Source: Sphaeroforma arctica JP610
Taxonomy: Eukaryota
Direction: 5' to 3'
Assembly (NCBI RefSeq): GCF_001186125.1
Contig: NW_014040084.1
Span: 11,163 to 56,029 of the forward strand
DNA: 44,867 bases
The translations under genes and the position numbers were made by a program. The notes below the pieces were generated by a model. It did not search any database. It had not been told where the DNA came from and saw only the letters and a list, made by a program, of their open reading frames with translations. The first letter of the stretch is position 1, and each line of letters opens with the position of its first letter. This document shows, piece by piece, positions 1-11,736 of the stretch.

Positions 1-2
1 TA

Positions 3-5
<3 letters not shown>

Positions 6-50
<45 letters not shown>

Positions 51-66
51 TAAATATATATATATA
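6..66. repeat. (TA)n microsatellite
   Basis: Near-perfect TA run at the window start. Confidence 0.95.
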
Positions 67-451
67 TCTCGTATTGTATATAATACACTTTTGGATAAAT
101 CTTATTGATAAATTGTATATGGTTTAACATATTCATTTCTCAAGTTGTTATATTGTGCATCGTATCGTCGAATAACTTGTTCGCTAATAGCTTTACGCGC
201 AGCGTCCGTCAGGCAGTTTTTCAACGCCGAAGATTGTAGTAATTAGTCGTAACATAGCAAAATGTTTTCTTCATCTTACTTGACAGTTCCAAAGTATCAA
301 GTCAAAGGCAATAGTGGCGCACCTCTAGTTCATTATGCACAATTGATGAATTATACTGTTTCTGTATACAAGGAGACGGATATGCCAGGTGTTGCAATTG
401 TGTTGAATAAACACGTATCTCTGTATACTCTCATCGAGTGCCAAATCATTG

Positions 452-1035
452 AACTGATCACTGCTGTCGACAATGGTATCAGAACATTCGGAGCTAAGTT
501 TAGCATTTCAAACCTTGCTATAGACAGCGTCTCAAAACGCTCAGTAGCGTACTCAATGAAAGAAGAATATTACAGAGGAGTTGTTCCGATTTGTCAACAC
601 CTCTCCAGAATAACTAATATTGAAATCTCGGATATCCCATGGTTCAAAACATGTATATTTTTAATTACTAGCAGGTAAATTTTGTGAACCACTGTCAGGC
701 GTCAGCGTAAAGATAAGTATTGTTACAGGCTTGTCAAAAATATTAAACTGATCACTCCTGTCGACAATGGTATCAGAACATTCGGAGCAAAGTTTAACAT
801 TTTAACCATTGCTTTAAACAGCGTCTCAAGAAGTTCAATAGCGTATTCAATGATTAAAGAATAAAATTAACTGAGGTGTCGTTTCTAATCGTCAACACCT
901 CTCCAGATTAACCAATCTTAAAATTTCGGATATGCACTATGGATCAAAATTCAATACCTGTATATACATATTATTTTTTTTTTAAATTTTAGCAGGTAGC
1001 TTCTGTGAACCACTGGTCTGTCAGGCGTCAGCGTA
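452..1035 (+). repeat. Degenerate ~294-bp direct duplication
   Basis: aactgatcact(g/c)ctgtcgacaatggtatcagaacattcggagc starts at 452 and 746. Both copies also share gtcaacacctctccaga, tagcaggta, tgtgaaccact and gtcaggcgtcagcgta. Confidence 0.9.
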
Positions 1036-1920
1036 TATGTACATATCAACATATGAATGATCACAGGCTATGTATACGGTCTAAATCTGAAATCATATAC
1101 ATAGTGAAAATTGAGCATTTCGTGACCAATTGAATATCGTTATTCACATCAAAGATCCTGCCTCAAGCAGCCTCATTCGTTGTTTGCTTATGTGCCCCTA
1201 TTTCAGTACACTATGTGTAGCGCATAGTTGTATATTTACTGTGAACACTATACAGAGGACAAACCTATGGGCTTTAAAAGGGGCAAGGTCAATTCTTAAA
1301 TTTTAACCTGTGTGGTACCGAGTAGTGAATAAAGTACTGATGATGAATCGGCTCAGTCCCAGCCGCCCAGGCCCCGGCCCCAGGGCCCGAGCCCCTAGAG
1401 GCCCCACCGGCCCAAAGCCAGGCTGTGACAAAATTTGGAGCCCGTAGATCTATTATAAAGTTCACCAATTGGAGCTGTTGATCCAAAGATTGTTTTGAAA
1501 TATTTTTTTTGACCAATCATCGTTTCATTCTGTGACGTATTTAGTTTCCGATGGTGAAATGCACACCAATACTGAATACGTACTGTAAAATCGTGAAAAC
1601 GTCATCAAGAATGAGATGTGCTATGGATTTCGTTGCTTGAATTCTAGAAAACCAAGTAAAAATATGATAGCAAAGATATATTTTGTCAGAAACGTCTTTC
1701 GATTGGATAGCAAGCTGTAGATCCACGCATATGCTCCGGTTGCTAGAGTCTTGTTATAATTTTATTATTGTGTTTTGAGGTACTCGAATACATGCTGAAA
1801 ATATGAGCGTGGTGAAGAGAATTGCAAAAGTTTCAAATTCTCGCTCGCGTATAAAGGTAAGTGACAAGCAGGTAAAGCATAACATACATACAGGTACGAA
1901 TACAGTACAAATACAAAAAA

Positions 1921-4900
1921 ATGCATAAATCAATAGTACTGACCTTGGGTCTTCTAAGCCCTGTCTTAGCGCAGACACAAACAGACTTCACAATCGGTGC
2001 AAAAACACTTATCCTTTCAGCCGGTACAAACACCACTGAGGAGTTACCAAAATGGGTACTTGATTCATATGGCGTGGACTACGATATCAAAGAACTAACA
2101 ACAGGTAGCACAATCACAATCCCCGCATGCTCAGAACAGTTCAATCATACAGAATGTGGGCAACAAAAAACCAATTACACTCTCAACACATTGTTTAGTC
2201 TAGAACTCATGGACAGTAATACAGACCAACCTAAATACAATTCGATCATCCTTACATCGGCCGTACTTGGCTATTTCTACTACTCGCCAGAGGACTTCAG
2301 TAAAACTTTTCAACAACGAGGGCTATCAGCAGAGCTAGAGGAAGAAATAGACACATACTGTACAGACTACGGTGTGCGCACAGTGTCCATGAGAACCGAT
2401 CCAATAGATATTGCTGATGAGGGCCTCCAGAGTGCGTTAAATGGAGCCGGTGTTAGTCATCAGGGCACGGCCACACTCAAGTTTGTACCGGGCGAATTGT
2501 CCGCCTCTATGCACAACATCCTCAAGGAGCATGCTACTTTCAAAATTGGTGGCGAGATCAGCCTATCCCCGACCGAGGCGTACTGGTTGACGCCTGCGAG
2601 GATTGAACACACAGCCAACACTGACAGGCACATCGAACCCCTAATGGAGGTAGACTACACATGCCCTGATGGTTCTGCCTGTAAGAGTGTGGGCGTTTCA
2701 TTGATTACACATCCCACAACGAAGCGAGAGACGCTTCATTTCCACTTCAACTCGGACAAGAACGGTTTGCACGGCTTTACCTTCGGACACATGTGGTTCC
2801 CATGGGTCACACGTGGTCTATTTTTAGGACACCGCCAGATCATCCTACAGGCGGACATCGATGACTACTACCTTGACACCGGAGTGTACAACACAACTCT
2901 CAATCGACAGGCCAAGGGCGGTGAGACTACACCACCCATGACGTACAGAATCACTGGCGAGGATCTCGAGCACCACAAGACATTCCAACAAAGGATCAAC
3001 CACCAGTTTGGCACCGGTTCCAATTTCACCATACAAATGGCATTCAATGGACGCGGAGAGGGCGAATTCGGCAAGGTTGAAGCGTACGCGCCCAACTTGA
3101 ATCAGGCGAGCTTCGATCTATTTGATGATTTCCTGTGGGTGACTCACACATGGAATCACATTGACATGTACTGTCTATATTCCAACTGCACAGAGGATAC
3201 ACAAGAACTGGCCGCTCAGGAGTTCGACAGCTGTTTCGACTGGACTTCACAGACTTGCGACTACGGTGTCAAGGATGAGCCAATCTACCTCAAGAGCGGG
3301 TATACACCATACGAATACAATATGTATGAATTGACAAGAAACCAACATTTCGCAGAGACTGTACTCAATGTAAGTGATCATTCCAAGGTTTGGTCGCCCA
3401 AGAGTATTGTCACACCTAGAATATCGGGCTTGAACTACACTGAGAGTATCCGAGCAATGCTGGCTGCTGGTATCAGGAATGCGGTCGGTGACAACTCACG
3501 TAAGGATCTGAGACAAGCCAACGCATGGCAGCCATTCGACGCTGTGGTGAAGATGGGCAAGGACGGCGTAGAACTAACCGACACCTCCAGAGAGGCATTC
3601 GAGGCGGAAATGATAAGTCTGTATGGAGTCAAGAGCATCAATGTCATCCCACGCTTTGCCACACGGGTGTACTTTGACGTATCTACCCCAACCGAGATGG
3701 CTATGGAGCACAACTCGATCTACGGCCCCAACTGCAAGACGTGCGACGCAAGCTTCCAATACCAGCACGACCTGAGTTTCCAGGAGATCATCGACTTGGA
3801 GGGCTTCGAAGTGGCCCGCAACATGCTGTCCCTTCGCACCGACCCCTAGTAAGTAACACGCACACGAACTTGTGATACGTATACGTTCCTAATCATTTCA
3901 AGTGGATGTATGCACTATGTAGTGTCCTTTCATGTTCCTGGGTGTATTGGGCCTCATACATACACTTCAAATACTTACCCATCCTTTCCCTCGTCCCTAT
4001 CAACAGCATGTTCCACCAAGCCAACTTGCGCGTCAACGACATGGGATCTGGCAAAACCGCGTCCCTGCTAGAAGCGTGGATCGAGTCCTCGCTCAAGTGG
4101 GTATCCGAATACACCACCTTCTCCCTGCAGAGTTACAAGATGGACGCGCTAGCTGAGGTGTACCGCCTGCGCAAGGAACGAGACGACTGCGATATAACGG
4201 GCAAGATACACTACGCTAAGGGCAAGCCCGTCAAGCTTACAGTATCCTCCCAGAATGCATGCCAGGCCAAGCTCACCTACACCCAGACCGCTGGGTCTGG
4301 CGACTACAAACCGCTCGTACGCACACTCGCTGGCAACGTCCGTCGCCAAGCCGTGTCTGGGGGTAGCACTGAGAACGTCGACACCACCATCGATGTGGAT
4401 ATGGGCGGTAGCGCTAACAACGGTGTCGATCAGGAGATTGATCTAGAGGGTAGCGGAATTGAGACACCCTCTCCTGTGCCCACCCCTGCAGCCTCCGTGA
4501 CACCCACCGTCTCACCATCCATGACAGCGTTCCCTACGCTGATCAGTTCACCTGTAGCTACACCTAGCACCTCACCTACCACTACCCCCACAAGTTCTGG
4601 TCAGCCGGCGCTCGCGGTTAGCCCGGCGCCCACAGTGGCACCTTCAGTCACTCGTACAAGTGCACCAACTCAGACAGACGACACAGCCACTGCTACTGCT
4701 ACTGCTACTGCTACTTCTACTTCTACTGAAACAGAAACTCAGGCCTCGACGGTGGGATCGAACCCCGAGTCAACATCAGGGGAAACTGCAACCGGCACCG
4801 ATTTACCTAAGACGGATGGAGCTCAATCAAATAGTGGTCTGTCTACCTTGGCTATGATTGGTATTGGGGCTGGGGCGGCTGTGTTAATACTGGTGGTGCT

Positions 4901-4967
4901 GGTTCTGGGTATCTGCCTGTGCAGGCGGGATGCAAGGGCCGAGGGCAAGCTCCTTGCTTCAGCTTAG
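1921..4967 (+). CDS. Agd3/CE18-like polysaccharide deacetylase with signal peptide, Ser/Thr/Pro-rich stalk and C-terminal TM anchor (962 aa; exons 1921-3848, 4007-4967)
   Basis: Intron 3849-4006 (gtaagt...caacag) joins TA|C to give SLRTDP-Y-MFHQANLR. Motifs DIDDYYL, HTWNH, IPRFATRVYFD and MFHQANL match Aspergillus Agd3-type motifs. Signal MHKSIVLTLGLLSPVLA; TM LAMIGIGAGAAVLILVVLVLGICLC followed by RR. Confidence 0.85.
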
Positions 4968-6167
4968 ACTGAATATTACTGTGTATGTGCATGTATGTGT
5001 TTACGCACATACACAACTTTTATATGCATAAGTACATACAACTCTTCTGCACGAAAATTACCGATATATGGATCGAGCGGAATGCAACATGTGCTGCATG
5101 AACGACCGACACCGATCCCAAATTCTCGCATTAACTGCGGATGACATGAACATGATTACGACTACCAACTATTGAATATGGCTACCAACTACTCTGAATT
5201 TAGAAGAAACTCTGTGAATATGAACCCGGACGCTACCTACCGAGAGAATAAAATAGGAAAACACAGAATAAAATAGAAACCAACGAAACTGTTGCTTTGC
5301 ACCCACACAAACATTCCGGCTGCTTGTATGTATAATTGCACGCAGTATCCGATACTCCTACTCTACACTCCCAAGACCGAGTGCGGGCGATAGTAAGCAC
5401 ACGTGTACAACTAATATGTACTCGTTCGGATGCTAGAGCAGATCACACTAACGACTGCCATGCGTATATTGGTGGGTATCCATAAAGCACTCTAGTCACG
5501 TGCACATTTGCGCACCCCTTCGCGGATAAAACCAGTAGTCGTTTGGTGCTGTAGATAACATTGTTTTACCTTATGCGCTTTCCATTAGTTTTGCACTGAT
5601 ACGGATGTTGGGTGTGTGTGTGCTTTATGGTTTATGGGTGCGTGGGCCCATTTATGCGCGACAGGACAGTGCGTGCGCAGATGGTACACGCGCAAAGGCT
5701 AATTATACGCACAGTTCGATGTACTACGCATCTTCGCTAAATCCATTTTAATCATTTTAATCTGTTCTAAATCCATCCCCAATTATACGTGTTCTCAGCT
5801 TTCATACCGTAAGCTATGAGTTCACACAATGTCCTCTTGATATCCAAACGCACTTGCAGTATCACTTTCTGCTGTCGTGGCCGTCACAGTGTCGAGTATT
5901 CGATTCTCAGTAGAGCCTCAATTCTACGCATTCATACAGAAGAAAATATGCATGGCTCACATTTGAATATTCAGTTCGGTATTTGAAAGCCTAAATTATA
6001 TAGGGTTTTAAGGTTTCCGTATTGCCGTATCAGATGATATCAGACCCTAATTGTGTAATGATCAGGGAGAGTTAAAAACTGATACGCACACAACACTGGT
6101 CACGAATTAACCATTTGTCTGCAAATTGGTTTAAAAAAACAGTGTGAGAATTGGGTAAAAGAGATAC

Positions 6168-6677
6168 TTAAAGGGTTTGTCGAAAGTGGTCGAAAAACCC
6201 GTGGTCGAAACGGGTGTTATTGGCAATCATGCCTATGGCAGATAGATACATAAAAGACAGATAAGCTGACAACGTTCTATGTATTATACCGTCTTCATAT
6301 TGCCGCACAATATCTACAACAGTCAAGCAAATTATCACAAGACAGAGGTGTGGAATCGTAACTATAGATATGTAAATGGGTACACAAATGTAAAAGTAAA
6401 GATATATACAAACATATCTGTATCCATGTTAGTATAAACATATCTATAAATGGGAACAGGAATGTAAAAGTAACGATAAATACATAAAAGTAAAGATATA
6501 TATACAGATACAGACATATCTGTATCCATGTTAGTATAAACATATCTCTGTATGTACACATAAATACTCGAACATACATATTAATATGCATAAGTGTATA
6601 CTATTGTATAAATAAAAAGAACAACAAAAGTCCATAGAAATGAATATATATATATAATTATATATACATATACATAT

Positions 6678-6752
<75 letters not shown>

Positions 6753-9172
6753 TATATAATTGTTGATAAAACATCACACACTCACTGTTGATTATAGCCA
6801 GGCGCGCTTCCTCGATACCCGTCTTCTCTCTTGCGCTGGCGCTTATGATGTCGCTATTGGCACTCGTTGGATCAAATTCAGATAACAACACCTCTATTGG
6901 CACATTGGCAGTGACCGATAAGGGGGCGGTTGAGATGTTGAGCTGTGTATTGTAGGGATTGTGAATGGAGTTACATGGTTATATTCATAGGTGCACAAAT
7001 GCACACGACAAACCGTGTGACGTTCGAAAGTGTACGCGGACACAAGAATAGAGCCAAACTGTATACCATGTATGGTGGGATATTCCAACCACGAGTGCAC
7101 TTGTATGAAAGAGTGTAACGGCGTATTTTCATAGATGTATATATGATTTTGAATATATATACATGCGGACGTATACGTATTTATAATATGTACACGAACA
7201 AAACATTATCTGCATTCTATAAACAGAACAACACAACAGTGGGATAACTTTCTTCTCGCACAGTCGCCGAGACATGATCCTCTTTGGTTAGCACCACTGC
7301 AGTATGTATGTAAATACACACAACCAGCATCATTAGTATTAAAGATGTCTATACTTTCATATACACTTATATCTATGCATATAGTGCACACGAACATACT
7401 AAAACATCCTTCCTTCAAGAATGCACTGGTTTCCTTCTCTAGTTCTCCCCGCGCAGTTGCCAACTCCCCATAGTGCTTAGATAGTACCAACATAGTCCAC
7501 AGACACACCGACGTCCGTGCACATCGTTGCCACTGCGAGATGAACCTATATGCCCAAGAATACAGTACAACAACACGCACAATACGTTGAACATATACGC
7601 ACCTCGTGCAAGAACGCGTTGACTTCCATCTCTGCCTTTCTCCGTGCAGTCACGGAAACCTTATCTTCCTTAGTTAACACGACCATAGTCCGCAGATAGG
7701 TAAAGTCACCAACACCCAGTCCTTGTGTCTCTGCAGTTGCATGCCTACGACCTTTCCCATTCTTTCGCGCACCCGATTCTATATTTAGATCCGGCCCACT
7801 TTCGCCCGTCGTGTCCGATTTTTCTTGGGCGTAATGGAATGGATGTGGTATCATAGTGCCCGTTTTTGAGTGCGTGTGTGGGTACTTCTCGTTCGTCTGT
7901 AGATCTGCTGGGTGCCGTATCTTGGCCACTAATCGCAGCGCGAGTTTGTCAGTCTCCTTAAGCCCGTGTTCGGCAGATATCAGCACTAGCACTAGCGCGC
8001 ATCTATATCAGAGCGGTACATGAAGTGAACGTGTGAGTACATAAGAAGGATTGTATATCAGTGCAATTGGTTCATGCACATATATATATACTGACTACAG
8101 AACAGAATGTACCTACCTTCCAGTAGGAAAATAGCTGCCCATGAAATTCATCCACTCCTTTTGTAGTGTCACTGATCTTACACAGAACACTGAATATATT
8201 TATAGAACAGAATATACCTACCTGCCAGTACGTATATACTCGCCAATGAGATCCAACCACTCCTTCTACTACTGGTGTCACTAATTTCACACACCCCGCA
8301 GATTCTATGTATAAGACAAAATTTACCTACCTGCCAGTACGTAAATAGTTGCCAATCAGATCCATCCACTCCTCCTTCGATGCGTGTCCGTGGCCGGGCA
8401 TATCGACCAGACGGACCGTCTCGGCGTTTGCTTTATTTGGACCGACGCGAAAGAAGTTCAGTTTCTTGGTGTGCCCCTGGAGATTACATGATGCATTCGT
8501 AAGGTTAAAACATGTCAATCACTTTTGAATACGAGATACATGCAGACCTCCTCAATCTTCTTCAGAGAATATCGCCCTACAAAAGCATGATAACTTGCAA
8601 AGAAATGATCATATTCGTGCTTTGGTATCTGCCACTTGTCTAATGTATAATCAACGTACCACGAGACATGACGGCACTGAATGAAACTGAATATAGCTAC
8701 CCAGCTATACGTTGCACTATGATTTCCGAAACATGCACTACAAGTTCTTCCAAGAGATTCAGTCATAACACTCATCGCAATATATATGAGAAGCATCGAC
8801 CTCCCCGTACATACAGAGTCAGCCAATTCTCCAGATACAAATACGTCACAAAGAATTCAGAACCCTGATCAGATCTCCACCCCACTCTGCTGCACATACC
8901 GGTCGCTTGGCTGTCTTGACTAGTTTCTCGCGGGACATTAGTGCGTTGAGCAACGAGGACTTGCCCACGTTACTGCGACCCAAAACTGCGATCTGCAAGA
9001 AGGTTCCAAAGGTGATGTAAACAAGCAGAAATTTGGTATCCACAAGAAGTGCCCATACGATGTATCAATGATTTGTATGTCCTTTCAGTCTTCCTTGAAA
9101 TACAGATGAAATTCCACAGTACATGTGAAAAGAGATTTTAGGATTTGACTCTATACGCATGTCGCAACCATT

Positions 9173-9207
<35 letters not shown>

Positions 9208-10626
9208 AGCCAACCAAGTAGGCGCCACCTACCTCTACAGCACCTGTGTGTTTGGGTATGTGGTCCATATCAGTGCAGGATGCTACAAACTCGCAGTAGC
9301 CAGTGAATATTTTATTTGCGATGGGCACCCGGGCTCTATCGGCAACCGACAGGCTATTCGTATCCATCACATTGGATCGCTTACTTTTCTTGCCTGGTGA
9401 AGAATTAACGTTTTCAATATGGTTTTTGCTTGCATACTTGTTAGTCATAAATACTGTCCAACTTTGTAGACGCAACAGCCGGTATCTTCATTGTTCTTCA
9501 TTATATGCTATCTTACCTAGAAAGTAATCAGGATACGGAATACGGTTGTTTTCGATACTCATTTCGATAAAACAGACTTAATGTCCACAAAATTTCATCA
9601 TTATTACGTTTATAGGAAACACTACCTGCAAGGTGTGTTTGTATACCAGTGGACCTGGCTGTATATACAGAAAAGCCTAGATGTTCGCAGTAGACCTTTA
9701 CACAAACGCATATGTGATCAGTTTAAACAACACATTTGCACACAAACCATGCGTACACAAACCATAGCCCTGAAAATGTTGTGTGCGTATACGTCCCTCA
9801 CAACACGCACAAGGCTTACTGTGTACAAATTGACACATGTCCATATGCTGCCACATACACATACATACATACATACACATACTGAACACATACAAACATA
9901 CGTATACATATATACAGACATACATACGTATACACATCTACATACATACATACATACATACATACCAGTGATAATCTTCGTATTCCAAGCCTGTTTATCC
10001 TTGGTCACACCTGGCGCCCTTTGTTTGGTACCCTTTAACTTTTGCGAAGGCGCGCTCGAAGGACCAGCATAGGACACCTTTGCCACACTGCCTGACATGT
10101 TTTTGACACCTCTGGCCTGAAGCACGTGTACGCCAATACCTCTATCCGCGCATAGGTGTGTTCTTAGTAGTGGTACTCTGCATTGTGGTGTATTGCAAGA
10201 GACCACATCCATCGGGTGTGCGTGTGTGTGCATATGTGTACGTGTGCAGGTACAGGGATATGTGGTCGTATGCATTGACCGCGTGTATTTGGATAGCAGA
10301 ATAGAGTTGGGTGTGCGTGTGTGTGTCGATGACAAGCACGTATGGGTGTTTGTGCGTGGTCTGGCTGTGTGTGCTTGTGGATATGAACCTCCTGGGTGTA
10401 TGTACGTGTATATACCGGGTCGTATTGAATTCATATGTGCATGAATACTACGATTGTGCAATACCGTACATGGCTGTGTATGTACAGATGCTATACTTGA
10501 CATCATCGAGTTGTGTGCATGACCTGTGTGTGCGCGTGTGTGTACACGCAGACATAGAGGCCTGTATCCCTGCGTGTACGTATAGGCACATTGTGAGCGT
10601 GCACTTGCGAGGCCGTGTGCATGCAT
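6168..10626 (-). CDS. EngB/YihA/YsxC-family ribosome-biogenesis GTPase (GTPBP8/Mrx8-like, probably mitochondrial); exons 10626-9966, 9393-9233, 8992-8900, 8476-8331, 8002-7603, 6942-6786, 6313-6168 (first and last exon limits uncertain; ~587 aa)
   Basis: Phase-consistent GT-AG splicing gives E|IAVLGRSNVGKSSLLNAL (G1), PGHTKKLNFF (G2), LVDMPGHG (G3), VVLTKEDK (G4) and SAREKTGIEE (G5). Confidence 0.88.
6381..6548. repeat. ~100-bp intronic tandem duplication
   Basis: aaaagtaaagatatata...acatatctgtatccatgttagtataaacatatct occurs twice. Confidence 0.85.
6686..6747. repeat. (TA)n microsatellite in GTPase intron
   Basis: Perfect TA run. Confidence 0.95.
7256..7695 (-). repeat. 193-nt-period degenerate triplication of the G4-encoding exon end
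   Basis: The aligned ACT codon lies at 7689, 7496 and 7303. Translations: TMVVLTKEDKVSVTAR / TMLVLSKHYGELATAR / TAVVLTKEDHVSATVR. Confidence 0.85.
8095..8380 (-). repeat. ~105-109-nt triplication of an exon/intron junction including the donor AG|GTAGGT
   Basis: Donors at 8330, 8221 and 8116 follow EWMDLIGNYLRTGR, EWLDLIGEYIRTGR and EWMNFMGSYFPTGR. Confidence 0.9.
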
Positions 10627-11736
10627 GGTGTGCCTATGTTATACTATTCGATTACTTGGTATAGCGATGCGTTTATTACCTACACAGATCGTTCGTAAGT
10701 GTGTTGAAATTATTGCCTAATTGGATCCAGGTACTGACGATACGTAATAGAAGACAATAATAGCGGGACAGATTTTGCGACTAGTAGATGTTTAGTCAGG
10801 CGTATGAATACGGTTATCAGTTTCTAAACTATATAGATTGACACCAATTCAGGAGAATATATACTACTGTCTGTACTTGCTGGGCTTGAACGCACGTCGA
10901 TAAACGATTAAATCAGTCTCACCATGCAATCCGGCATAATACTTCGAAACATATAGTGATTTGAACCATCGATATATACAATACATAAAAGCTATCTTAT
11001 CATGCCGTTCTAGTTGTCAGTACTGTAGTATTATTGTAAAATACACATGTTGTAGTATCATAGCGGCATAACCTCTCAGCGGCAGAACCTCTCTAAATTG
11101 AACTGGAGGCGATCTATACATATTTACATACACAGTTAATGATCAATCGCCCGCCAAAACCATTTACGTATTGTTTTTACGCTTATTCCAAATGAGTACT
11201 TTGTATTGTTGAAGGAGAGTACGGTTTCATATACGAGTACGTTTTCTCTCGTGTACGTGTTACACGCGATCGTTAGAACCGGCATTCTGTTTTACGTTAT
11301 AAGGTATTCAAACCAACCCTTTTTGAGTTTCCGTTCAACGTTGTTCTAAATATTTGATATTGGTGCAACATTTAGTAGTACTGAAGTGCAAATTATATAC
11401 CAAAGGTATATTAAATAGTCCAAATTCGTTTAATATATGGTTTAGTTTCTGTCTACTTCACTTCCTAAAAACCGTATACAGGGAACTACTTTAACGCAAT
11501 GAGATTTGACCTGAACGGCGTCACAGGTATTCATGCTTTTGTAAAGAGCGTGAGTATTTAACAACATACTAGTAGAGTAAAAGCGATACGGCGTGTATAT
11601 ATATATACTATCACGGACACACACACATACACACACATATATACGAGACAAAAGTAGGTGCTACATGTATAGGTAGCCTCTTGTATATCCATATATACAC
11701 ACATACCTATACGCATATCTATCGATTTATGACAAC
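10627..11736. promoter_or_regulatory. Putative bidirectional promoter/5' UTR region between the GTPase and mL44-like genes
   Basis: About 1.1 kb between divergent start codons. No specific element identified. Confidence 0.45.

Noticed and set aside
3847..3849. TAG as a true stop or readthrough codon in the Agd3-like ORF
   Set aside because: Explained by the splice donor TA|GTAAGT, which restores a Tyr in the conserved motif.
5824..5925. Alternative last exon for the GTPase (GSTENRILD...EDIV*)
   Set aside because: Needs a rare GAG acceptor; cannot be chosen over the stop at 6168 without transcripts.
9626..9676. Possible 51-nt phase-1 cassette exon, or a diverged copy of GTPase exon 2 (YCE...)
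   Set aside because: It has AG/GT ends, but similarity is limited to two 9-nt matches and the gene model is complete without it.
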